From Callorhinchus milii (Eukaryota): a stretch of 64,000 bases of DNA. Shown here in pieces: positions 1-11,300 of this stretch. Positions within the stretch are counted from its first letter, which is position 1. Every line of letters begins with the position of its first letter. The stretch spans positions 3,906,001 to 3,970,000 of the forward strand of contig NW_024704771.1 of assembly GCF_018977255.1 (NCBI RefSeq), in the 5' to 3' direction. The notes below the pieces were generated by a model that was not told the DNA's origin, searched no databases, and saw only the letters and a list, made by a program, of their open reading frames with translations. The position numbers and the translations under genes were made by a program.

Positions 1-134
1 ACCTTCCTTTCAGGCAGTGCGTTCCTGATCCGAACAACTCGCTGTGTGAAAGCATTTCTCCTCATCTCCCCCTTGTTCTTTTAACATGGGTGACTGATGA
101 GCCAACTATCAGGTTAGTAAAAGAATACCCTCAC

Positions 135-2430
135 CTTCATAAGCCTGGAACACGTCACTTAAGTGAGACGCTTCCTCTATGATTTTATCTTCGACAGATT
201 TCTTCCCCATTCCGAAATCCCGGAGGGTTGATAATGTAAATCGTCGCATCTGTTTCCAGGATTCGCCATCAGCCATAACAACACCTTAAAGAGAATCCGG
301 AGAAAGGTTTTACTCCACAACGAAGAGTATAACAGTAATAAACTTAACGGAGTCCTGTAGCTCGGTGGTGAGAGCACTCGCCTCACAAGCGAGCGACCTG
401 GGTGCTATTCCCGGTCAGGGCCAAACGTTGGGCAAGTTTCCTTACTCCACACACACGCCTCTGTTCACCTGGCAGTAAGTAGGAACCTGGTGGTTGGGCG
501 ATTGACGGATCGCTTTTCCAGGGGTAATCATTGCTTCAGGAAAAAAATAAGTAACAATAAATTGGTCACTCAATCCACGGCTGTTTGTGGGACGCTGCGG
601 AACGCAATTGGCTGCCGTGTTCCTCCCACAAAATATACAGTCATTCACTTTACAGTACATTCCGTGAAGTGCTTTGAGACGTCACGAAGACCTGTTAAGG
701 CGCTACATCAAATGCAAGGATTATTATTATTATCGCCCCTTCTCACATCACTGGGACGTTTCAAAGCGCTTCACATGATATACTGTAAAGCGTAGAGACT
801 GTGTATGTTGTGAGCAAAACGCAGCAGCCAATTGCACACAGTAGTGCCCCACAAACAGCTGTGGATTTAGTGACTAATTTATTATTTTTCTTAGGAATTA
901 TTACCCCGGTTGTTGTCCATCGAACAACTGGGTGTCAATTTACTGCTAAGTAAACAGAGGCGTATGGAGTAATTTATATTATAATAGTATAATATAAATA
1001 TAACAATATAATATAATAATAACGATGTAATATAATAACATAAATATAATAAATTAACATAAATATAACCTAATACAATAGGGAAGAGGAATTACCGTGG
1101 TTTTTCCTGTGGATGCTTCTGACGTGGTCATGCGGACGTCCCATAAATTCCTCGGCATGGTTGACCAGTGCGTCCTTCACCACCTCGTAACCCGTCAGCA
1201 CCACCGTGTCCTGCTGACCCAACCGCAGGGAAAATATACAGCCATGTTTCTCCGACAACTGGAGGGAGAGACCAGTATAAGATAAAATGTAAAGTGCAGT
1301 GACTGTGTGTTTTACAGCCACGCGGGGCAAACATTAGGCAAGTTTCCTTACTCCACGCGCCTCTGTTTACCCGGCAGTAATTAGGAACCCGGTTGTTAGT
1401 CGATTGGCGGATCCCTTTCTGGGGGAAACATTCCCTCTAAAAAAATGTGGTCACTCAATGTTTGCGGGACACTGCTGCGCGCAATTGGCAGCTGCAAATG
1501 CATTTGAGACGTCTCAAAGCGCTTCACAGAATATATTGTAAAGTGGAGCGTTCTGTGTATGACGGTGTATTCTGTGGTGTATTCAATATTCATATTACCC
1601 CTGGAAAGTGATCTGCCAATCGACTAACTACGGGGCTGCTTCTTACTGCTGGATAAACAGAGGCGTCTGTGTGCGTGTGTGTGTGTGTGTGTGGTGGTGG
1701 GAGGGGGGGGGGGGTTTGGTGGGTAGAGGGGTTGTGTGTGTCTTTGTTTGTGTGGGGTGTGTGTGTGTCTGTGGTGTGTGTCTCTGTGTGTGGGGCGTGT
1801 GTCTACATGTGTGGCAGGCATGTGTGTCTGTACATGTAGGGCGTGTGTGTGCGGGGTATGCGTACGTACGGAGTCTGTGTGTGGGGAGGGGATTGTGAGT
1901 GTGGGGGGTGTGTGTGGGGGGGGGGGCGTTTGTCTGTGTGTGGGGTATGTGTGTGTGTGGAGGGGGGGCATCTGTGTGAGTGTGGGGTTTGTGTGTGGGG
2001 GGTTTGTGTGTATATGGGGTGTGTGGGGGGGGGGGGGGGAGTCTGTGTGTGTGTGTGGTGTGGACGTGTGGGTTTGTGTGTGCGGGTGTGTGTGGGGGGG
2101 TGGGGGGAGTCTGTGTCTGTGTGTGGAGTAAGGAAAAATGTCTAAGGTGTCTCCCCGCCCGGGAATGGAACCCGGGGGTCCTCTGGCTTGCGAGTCGAGG
2201 GCTCTAACCCCCCCCCCCCCCCCACTCACCTGCATCAAGGATTCGTGGAGACGGCTCAGTTTGACCTGGTGCAGGTTGCCGATGATGGGCAGGCCTGCCG
2301 GGCCAGCGGGGAAGCGGGGGTCAGTTTTACGCCCGGACGCCAGGAAGAGGAGAAGAACCATAACCAGAGAGCAGAGCAACAGGGCAGTCGTGAGGTCAAC
2401 AGCGGGCAAAGCCAAAGCCAGCAGAGCCAT
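135..2430 (-). CDS. Cytochrome P450 family 2 (CYP2), coding exons 1-3; gene continues beyond the left edge
   Basis: Exons 2430-2230 ([30 protein letters not shown]...[16 protein letters not shown]: signal anchor plus proline hinge), 1258-1096 (163 nt, [14 protein letters not shown]...[24 protein letters not shown]) and 284-135 (150 nt, [39 protein letters not shown]). All introns are GT-AG with consistent phases. The 163/150-nt exon 2/3 sizes and the WxxxRRF and LRxFGMGK motifs are CYP2 hallmarks. Confidence 0.93.
349..732 (+). mobile_element. tRNA-derived SINE with L2-type 3' tail, full length
   Basis: Head GGAGTCCTGTAGCTC..GGT.AGAGCACTCGC (A/B box-like); body TGCGCAATTGGCTGCCG...; tail AAGTGCTTTGAGACGTC...ATCAAATGCAAGGATT(ATT)n. 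Dozens of related copies occur in the window. Confidence 0.85.
1665..2125 (+). repeat. (GT)n / poly-G low-complexity tract in CYP2 intron 1
   Basis: Direct reading; it produces several spurious ORFs. Confidence 0.9.
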
Positions 2431-3894
2431 GGTGGGCGAGCAGGGAATGGGAGCTCAACTCAGCCTGACAGCATCTACCCTCACTCTATCCCTCCTCCTT
2501 TCCTCTCTCGCTCTATCCCTCCTCCCTTCCTCTCTCGCTCTATCCCTCCTCTCTCTCGATCCCTCCCAACTCCCTGTTTTCTCAGTTATAAGGACACAAT
2601 CACATGACAACATTCACTCCCTCTGCCCTTTACACACACCGCCAAACAGCTAACGCAGCATTTCTAAAGCCAGGAGGGTCCGATGGCAAAGACATACAAC
2701 TTGTAATCGCACAGTGCCGTTCAGACGGAGCAATAATTATGTCAATCCAATACAGCGCCTTATCGCATCGTTGGGACATCTCAAAGCGCTTCACCGAATA
2801 TGCTGTAATCTGGGCGGGAGGGTGGACGGCAAATCGGAGTTACATAGAGTCCACGACCGTAGTGTTTAACAAGCAATAAGTAGGAACCCAGTGGTTAGTC
2901 GATTAGCTGATCACTTTCTTTGGGCAATAATCCCTTAAAAAAATGGGGTCACTCAATCCACAACTGTTTGTAGGATATTGCTCTGCGCAATTGACTGCTG
3001 CGTTTCGCCCATAAAATACACAGTCAATGCACTTGATCCTATATTCTGTGAAGCGCTTTCAGACGACGCGAAGACGTGATAAAGCCCCATCTCAAATGCA
3101 AGGATTATTATTATCATTATTGTTGTTGTGTTCTTAAGTAGGGCACCAAACAGTGACTTGATATTCCCTTTTGTGCGATAGAATTGACAGCATTTGTTGT
3201 TTTATTGTCTCAGATTTCGCCTCTGGCACGCAAGACTTAAGTGCGACGATTTACAAGTCGGTCATTATTATATAGCCTCTCACCTAATTACATGTGGTAA
3301 GGCAAGTGGTTAAATGACGCAGCTACGGGACTCCACTGTAAAGTGTTCTGATGGTGTTTTGTAGGTGAGAGTGCAACCTTCTACCTTTTTTGTTTTGTCG
3401 AAACTTTGACCGACATTTGAGAGCTTGAGTGTACAGTTATTAGCTGTGCCCATAATAATGCAATCAATAAAGATGTGGGTGGAGGTGGTTGACCTGTGAA
3501 TCAATTATGGACACAGCTGTGAGACGTCTCACCAATGGGATGAAGCGCTATATCAAATGCAAGGATTATTATTATTATTATTACAGCAAATTCTGTCAAA
3601 TCACTTTGAGCCGTGAAAAGGCACTGCATCAAAGGCAAGGATAAGAACATTTGCAGCCGAAAGACCAAGGTCCATCCAGTTCACCTTCCACCATCCTGGC
3701 AATCACATCCACAAGTCATGTCACAAACTATATCCTGTATCCCAAAATATTATTCCCTAAATCATTTTTTTTCCGTCTGACACACGGGGAAACCCATCAC
3801 CGTGCGTTAAGAGTCTCCAAACCAAGCTGAGAATTTCATGCATCCCATCTCCACATGGAAATCACGGAGATCACAAGAACAACAATAAAATTAC

Positions 3895-4330
3895 ATTTGT
3901 ATACACCTTTCACGTTGGGAGAACCAGTGCTTTGGGACGTCCTCCCGACGTGAAAGGCGCTCTATGAATGTAATTGTGTTGTTTGTTGTTGTTGAGGACG
4001 TCAGTGTTTCAGACCCGAGCTGGGGGTCGGGATTGGAGAGGCAGGGGTTGAAGCAGGGTGGGGTAGAGGAGAAACCATTTGTGGAGATGATGTGGAGGCG
4101 GTGTGAGAGGTACGATATGAACCACTCAAGGCCAGAACCATGAAAGTTGAGGTGAGAGGAGAGGCGGTGGAGAAGGATAGAAGGGTCCACGGTGTCAAAG
4201 ACAGCACTGAGGTCAAGGAGGACAAGGAGGCAGAGGGAGCCCTGGTCGGAGATGGACAGAAGGTCATGTGTCACTTTGATCGGGATTGTTTCTGTGATGT
4301 GGGCGTCACGGAAACCCGATTGAAAGGGGG
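3895..4330 (-). mobile_element. L2 LINE fragment (RT region fused to 3' tail)
   Basis: Translation FQSGFR...ETIPIKVTHDLL...LLVLLDLSAVFDTVD..ILLHRL...LEWFISYLS is typical of L2/CR1-clade RT and is followed directly by the L2 3' terminus. Confidence 0.85.
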
Positions 4331-5188
4331 TTAAATTCAAAAATCCGTGAAAACACTCGCGAGGAGTAAACATATGGAACAGGCTCCCGAGGGAGATGGT
4401 GGAGGCAGAAATTGTCGTTTCTTTCCGAAGCAAATTAGATAAGATTTCTCGCAGGAAAATCTTGGGTTACAGCAATAATAATAATCCTTGCATTTGATAT
4501 AGCGCTTTTCACGTCTTCCAGACGTCTCAAAGTGCTTCGCAGAATATACTGTAAGGTATATAGTTTGGGACCTGACATGTGCATGTAACTGCCAGGAAGG
4601 TGGAAGACAAGCTGGAATTCTATAGATTCCCCAAGCGTAGTGTTTGCCAAGGAATAAGTAGGAACCCGCTTTCTTTGGGCAATAAACCCTTAAAAAAATT
4701 TTGACTCAATCCACGACTGCTTGTGGGACATTGCTCTGTGCAATTGGCTGCCGTATATCGCCCACAAAATACGCAGTCGATCCACTTGACACTATATTCC
4801 GTGAAGCAATTTGAGACATCACGAAGACGCAATAGAGCCCTACCTCAAATAAGGATTATTATTATTGTTGTGTTCTTACGTCGGGCACCAAACAGTGACT
4901 TGGTATCCCGTTTGTGCAATAGAATTCACAGCCTTGGTTGTTTTACTGTCTCAGATTTTGCCTCTGTCACGCAAGAGTTAAGGGCGAGGATTTAAGAATC
5001 AGCCTTGCACCAAATAGACTCGCACTTAATTACCCGAAATAATGTGGTGAAGGTGGTTGTGAATGATTTACAGGCACAGCAAATAATTGTACACTCAAGC
5101 TCTCAAATGTCGGTCAAAGTTTCGACAAAACAAACAAGGTAGAAGGTTGCACTCTCACGTACAGAACACTATTATCCCACTTTACAAT

Positions 5189-5569
5189 GGAGTCCCGTAG
5201 CTGAGTCGCTTAACCACTCGCCTCGCAAGCGAGAGAACCCGGGTTCAATTCACGGACGAGTGAAAGCTGAGGCAAGTTTCCTTACTCATCGCCCCTCTGT
5301 TTACCCAGCAGTAAGTAGGAAAACCGGTTAATGGTCGATTGGCAGATTGCTTTCCGGGAGTAATATCGCCTTCATCAAAATAATAATTTGGTCACTCAAT
5401 CCACGACCGTTTGTGTGACGCTGCTGTGTGCAATTGGCTGCTGCGCTTCACCCACAAAATATACAGTCAATTCACTTTACAGTATATTCCGTGAAGCGCT
5501 TTGAGACGTGTCACCGACGGGATGAAGCGCTTATATCAAATGCAAGGATTATTATTATTATTATTATTA
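5189..5569 (+). mobile_element. tRNA-derived SINE, full length
   Basis: Same head, body and (ATT)n tail as 349-732. Confidence 0.85.
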
Positions 5570-6886
5570 CAGAAAATTCTGTAAAATCGCTCTGAGACGT
5601 GAAAGGCGCGGGATCAAGTGTAAAGATAAGAGCATAAGAATTTGCAGCCGAAAGAGGACCAAGGTCCATCCAGTTCACCTTCCACCATCCTGGCAATCGC
5701 ATGCACAAGTCATGTCACAGACTATATACTACATAACCAAGATATTATTCCCTAAAATAATGTTTTTTTCGTCAGCGGAGTGTCTGACACGTGCGGAAAC
5801 CCATCACCATGCTTTGGAGTCTCCAAACCAAGCTGAGGATTTAATGCATCCCATCTCCACATGGAAATCACATGAATCACAACAACAACAAAATTACATT
5901 TGTATCCGCCTTTCATGTTGGGAGGAAGTCCCAAGGTTCTGGACAGTCAGTATTTCGCACCTGAGTTGGTAGGATCTGAACCATTCAAGGAGAGAACCAT
6001 GAAGGTTGAGGTGAGAGGAGAGGCGGCGGTGGAGGATGGAGTGGTCAAGAGTATCGAAGGCAGCAGAGAGGTCAAGGAGGCAGAGGGAGCCCTGGTCGCA
6101 GATAGACAGACAGAATGTCGTCGGTCACTTTGACCAGGGCTTTTTCTGTGCTGCGGGCGTCAAGTGATTGGAGGGGTTCGTGAAGGGAGTGGCGGGACAG
6201 GAAGGAATTGAACCCAGGTGTCGCTTGCAAGACAAGTGCTCGAACCACCGAGCTACAGGACTCCACTAGTTCTCACTAGTCTTCAGTTCCTTTCCTTTGA
6301 CACGGACAACAGTCTCTGTTTGTGTAGAGGTTTTACTGGGATCCATTACAAAAAGACATTACAAAGGAAATCCAAACAGGGGACCCTCTTTATCCCCAGC
6401 GCCAGATACCAAGCCCATAAACTCGCACAGCACCACGAGGAAGCTTACATTTGCAAGTTAAGTTAGAAAGAGAGCCAAAAGAGAGCGAGTGGCACCAGCC
6501 AGAGAGAGCGAGAGCGACAGACACACACACGCAGACAGAGACAGAAAGATACATAAATTCAAAGGTCAGAGATTCAAGGTTCTGAAGGAAGTCAAAGAAA
6601 GAACAAATAGCCGTGGATTGAATGGCCCAATTTTTTTTTTAAGGGATTCTTATCTCGCCAATCGACTAATAACTGGGCTCCGACTTGCTGCGCGGTAAAC
6701 AGAGGCGCGTGAGGCAAGGAAACTACTCAAGCTTTTGTTCCGCCCGAGAACTGAACTCGGATCCTCTCACTTGCAAGGAGAAGAATTAAGAAGATTAAGA
6801 GATTAAGATTAAGAGAGAAGATTTGCGCAATTGTCCATACATTTCCCTCACCCATCCACACCCTCTGAAATCATCAATAACAGTTC

Positions 6887-8332
6887 TCAAAGGTTCATGT
6901 ACGTCCTCAAGTCTCGCTCCCACGCCCTCTCCTTCGCCTCCTTCCTCCTCTGTTCCCTCCTACTCATTGTAGCCGCTCTCTTCACTCGAACAGGCATGCC
7001 CTCCGGCCCCTTCACTGCTCCTTCATCACCAGCATCAAAGTGTGTCACCTTTGCCTTCAAGTCGCTCTGGAATCCCAGCCCCCTCTGATCTCTTTTCAGG
7101 ACCGTCTTGACGGGGAATTTTTGCCCCGACCCGTCTGGCCCGAGCCCCTTCTCCCTGTCCCAGCCGCCCCGCAGCATCATTTTGAAGCCGCGGTTAGTCT
7201 CCGGGATGAAGTAGAACGTAGGGGCGGGAGGGTTCCTTGTGTTGAACAGGTGGAGTGTGGATCTCTCGTGCTCGCTCACGCTGGCCTCCTTGTACTCCAC
7301 TTCACAAACCAGACAGAATTTCTTCACCTTCGGTCTCTCCCTGTTAATCAAACGACGTGTGTGTTTTTACACTGTGTTTTTATACACGAGTCCCGTAGTG
7401 TGGTGGTAGCGCATCTGCTTCCCCCCAACAAGCCTCGCAAGCGAGAGGACCCGGGCTCGATTCCCGGGCGGGGCGAAAACTTAGGCAGATTTCCTTACTT
7501 TGCACGCCTCTGCTTACCCAACAGTACATGCTATACGTGTGATGTCTGGGGCTCTGCTGATGACAGCACAGCCCAGCCTGGCTCATCGGCAGGACCTGGA
7601 AGTGCAGACCAATCACTGGGGGCAGGGAGACCTCCCACTCGGCCCCCCGTTAACCCTGCAAGTCAAAGCCCTAATGGGTAGGGTGGTTCTAGTTGGACAG
7701 GAAGCAGAAAGCTTGCCAGGCTGTGATATCAATGGCAAGCTGTGTGGTTTTAGCTGGTTAGACTCCAGCAGTTACCCCCAATACACTTTGTGTCCCCAAA
7801 CCATGGCTCTTGCCAACCTGTGCCTAATACTTTCCGGAATTAAGTAAAGCAGGATGTATCCCTCGAGGGAGAGAGAGAGAGCGCGTTCCATTGCAACAAT
7901 CTATCTCTGGGATTTCCACGTGTAGATGGGATTCAAGGAATTCTCAGCTTGTTTTGGAAACTCTTAAGCAACGGTGACGGGTTTTCGCATGTGTCAGACA
8001 CCCGGCTGGGCAAAAAATATATAAATACCTGTGCTCTCGCTCTTGCCGTTGTCTGTTAAACTCTTCCAGGGCTGAGATTATCTCGGCGTGCCCGGCCTGT
8101 TGGGCCAACTCCAAAGCGTCCTGCCCTGTGGCATTGCACACGCCGACCCAGGCAGCCCCACACTTCAGTAGGTACCTCACCACATCCAGCTGCCCAGCGT
8201 AGGCTGCGCACATCATTGCCGTCCAGTAGAAACTGTCGTGGAAATTCAGGTCGCACCTGGCTCCCTCCACCAAACCTCGGAGAGTCTTAAGGTCCCCGTT
8301 CTGGGCGCTCATCAACATCAAGTGGCCGTTTC
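6887..8332 (-). CDS. GPANK1: G-patch domain and ankyrin repeat protein 1, last two coding exons (5' part lost in N gap)
   Basis: Exon 8332-8029 starts at the gap and encodes ankyrin repeats (DSFYWTAMMCAAYAGQ...LLKCGAAWVGVC). Exon 7340-6887 encodes a C2H2-like CxxC...H..H, a G-patch (GFKMMLRGGWDREKGLG...PVKTVLKRDQRGLGF) and the C-terminus AWERDLRTYMNL*. AG|GT...AG|G phase-2 splice joins them. Confidence 0.95.
7560..8012. repeat. Unclassified interspersed repeat family
   Basis: Shared motifs CCTGCCGATGAGCCAGG, TTGCCATTGATATC, GTTACCCCAA, TAATACTCTCCGGAATT and GGGTTTCCGCGTGTGTCAGACACCCGGCTG recur at 3770-3850, 5780-5870, 8480-8720, 17300-17620, 26490-26625, 42350-42700, 48185-48630, 49975-50125 and 57125-57170. 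Confidence 0.7.
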
Positions 8333-8357
8333 NNNNNNNNNNNNNNNNNNNNNNNNN
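8333..8357. other. Assembly gap (25 N); other gaps at 37814-37995, 45218-45242, 51042-51218 and 51407-51594
   Basis: Runs of N. Confidence 1.
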
Positions 8358-11300
8358 GCAAACCTCGAAGATGAATTGGTGAAGGAAGCGCTAAAAACCG
8401 TAAGTTTTTTTTTTAAGCCCTGGGTTGGCGACATCTGCTGCTGTGTCTTGACCATTTCTGTTTCACCATCGTGGAGTCTGACAGCTAAAGCCGCAGAGCT
8501 TGCCATTGATATCGCTGTCTGGCAAGCTTTCCCACTGCGTTTCACCCACAAGATATAACAAGGACCCCACCCGTTGGGGCTTTGGATTGCAGGGTTACGA
8601 GGATCCGAGTGGGAAATCTCCCTATCACCGGTGACTGGTCTGCCCTTCCCGGTCCTGCCGATGGACCAGGACGGCTGTGTTGGAATACTGCGGACCTGAC
8701 TGGCTCAGGACCTGGACCAGAGACCGTCACAGTGGTCCGGCTCGATTATGACACTCTGGTGGTGGGGGGGTGGGGGGGAAGCTAATAAAAAAAATTAAAC
8801 TGGAGCCTCGGGATTTTGTTGTCCAAGTTCAGACGTCATGAATTTCAACCTTTTCTCTTTCAGGGAGTGGATCTGAGGCATTACTCCAAGCAAGTGGAGA
8901 CTGAGTTACAGCACATAGAATATGCATCCATCAAGGACTGTATCCTTTTTTCGTGCAGTCCTGTAACGCATTGGTCAGATCGCTCGCCTCGCAAGCAAGA
9001 GGACTCGGGTTCAATTCCCGGGCAGGGCGAACCCTGAGGCAAGTTTCCTTACTCCGAAGGATGGCACCATTACAATATGGCACTCGGCCACGAGCGCCAG
9101 ATAGATGGAGGCTTGGGGGAGTCAGAGAATGGAGTAAAGTGTGAGAGGGAGGTGGATAGAGACTTGGGGGAGTCAGGGGAAGGATTGTGGTATGAGTCCT
9201 GACATGGGTGTTGCACCCACAACTTTCTGACTCGGGCAAGATGGCTCCCAGACTGATTGCCATCTTTGTTTTCTTTTGATTGTGAGTCCTTATCTATGGT
9301 CGTTTTCAGACATTAAGGAGAGTCAAAACATCGCCAGTCTTCATAACCAGATCACAGCCTGTGACACCATCCTGGAGGTAAGGCGCACTCTCTCTTGATA
9401 ATAATAATCCTTGCATTTGATATGACGCCTTAACACGTCTTCGAGACGTCTCAGAGGGTTTCACAACATACTTCAAAGTGGATTGACTGTATATTTACTG
9501 ATAGGTAAACTGATATTGACTGATAGGTAAACTGATAGGTGTGTGGAGTAAGGACCCTTGTCCAGGGATTTGCCCTGCCCGAGAATCAAACCCGTCCTCT
9601 CACTTGCTTCTTCGAGACGTCTCAAAGCACTTCACAGAATCTAACTATAAAGTGAATTGACTATATTTTGTGAGTGAAACGTATTGTATTCTCTCTTGTC
9701 TGTTGTCCCAGTGCCTTCGGACTTGCTTCAGACCTGAAACGCGCTGTAAAAATGTTCTTGCTTGAACAGATTTGTTGTTGTTTTTGTCCGTCTTTGCTCC
9801 TGCTAACGTCGCCCCTTCTCGATGTCTCCCGCGCGTGAACAGCGGATGGAGCAGATGCTCAGCACCTTCCAGTGTGACCTGAGCAGCATTAGCTGTGAGA
9901 TCCAGACGCTACAGGAACAGTCCATCGCCATGAACATCAAGCTCAAGAACCGTCAGTCCGTCCGCAGTGAGCTAAGTCAGCTTGTTGATGAGCTGGTGGT
10001 GCCCAGCTCCATGATCAAGTGAGTCTCAATCAAGTCTCTGCCTCTGCTCTCTGACCTCCCAGCTGTTTCTATTAATAACAACTTACATTTAGTAGAGCGT
10101 TTCGCCCACAAACTACACAGTCAATCCAGTTTAGGATATATGTGGAGTCCTGTAGCGTAGCGCTTAGAGCACTCACAAGCGAGAGGATCTGGGTTTGACG
10201 AAACCTTAGGCAAGTTTTCTTACCCCACACGCCTCTGTTTACCCAGTAAGTAGGAACCCACCCGGTTGTTAGTCAACTGGTGGGGTAAAAACTCCTTCAA
10301 AAATATAACAATAATAATTTAGCCAATTAATCCATGACTTTTTGAGACGTTACTGTACACAATTGGCCGCCATGTTTTGCCCACAAGGGTCTTGAGACGG
10401 GCCTTGAAGAGAGCAAGGGAAGGGGTGACATGAAGGGACTTTGGGGTGGAGTTCCAAAGGGTGGAGGCAGCGAGGTCCCCCGATGGTAGGGCAGGCTGGG
10501 GTGGGGTTCGTAGAGCAGACCGGGGCCTGCTGAACGGAGGGAGCAGACAGGTCTATGTGGAGTTAACAGGTCACAGAGGTAAAGTCATGCTCTTTGTTGC
10601 ATTTCAGTATCATTCTGGAATCACCAGTGACGGAGCAGGAATATCTGGAACAGCTTCATGAGCTCAACAACAAGATCAACTACGTGAAGGAGCAGTCTTT
10701 CAAGGAGACTTTGGCTTGCTCTGACGTGCAGGATATCCTCGACCGGCTCAAGATTAAGGTGAGCCTATAAACGCAAGCTGTGTCGTGCGCCCAAAAAACT
10801 CTTCCTCTATCCCCCTGCCTTGTCCCCTCCTTCCCCATTTTCAGGTCCGCCTGAAGACCTTCCTCTTGACCCACACTAAACTCCCTCTACGTCACACCAT
10901 TCCTCTTGACCCACACTAAACTCCCTCCACGTCAGACCATTCCTCTTGACCCACACTAAACTCCCTCCAAGTCACACCATTCCTCGTCAGGCTCCACTGG
11001 CTCTTTAGCACAGAATGGATCGAATTTGAAATCCTCTCGTCTACCAATCCCTGCATACCCTTGCACCTCCCTACCGCTCCGACCTGCTTGCTCCCCACTC
11101 CACCGCCTGTTCGCTGCCACTGCTCGGCTGGCTCTGGCCTCCTGCTTGTCCCTCGTCCCATCCACTCCACTATCGGTGGCCACTCTTTCAGCAACTATGC
11201 CCCAAAGCTTTGAAACTCTCTCCCCCCACCTTGCACCCTCCTTACTCTCTCTTATACCACGGCTGAAGACCTTCTTCTTCGAATGTGCTTACAGGCACCT

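Noticed and set aside
349-430. tRNA genes (here and at other GGAGTCCTGTAGCTCAG... sites)
   Set aside because: They are SINE heads: each continues into the same SINE body and L2-type tail and lacks a complete acceptor stem.
135-2430. CYP21 (the P450 of the human MHC class III)
   Set aside because: Exon 2/3 sizes of 163/150 nt and the [17 protein letters not shown] motif are CYP2-type, not CYP21-type.
3891-4433. Intact or active retrotransposon ORF
   Set aside because: Only about 100 codons of RT, fused directly to the 3' tail; no endonuclease or YADD region.
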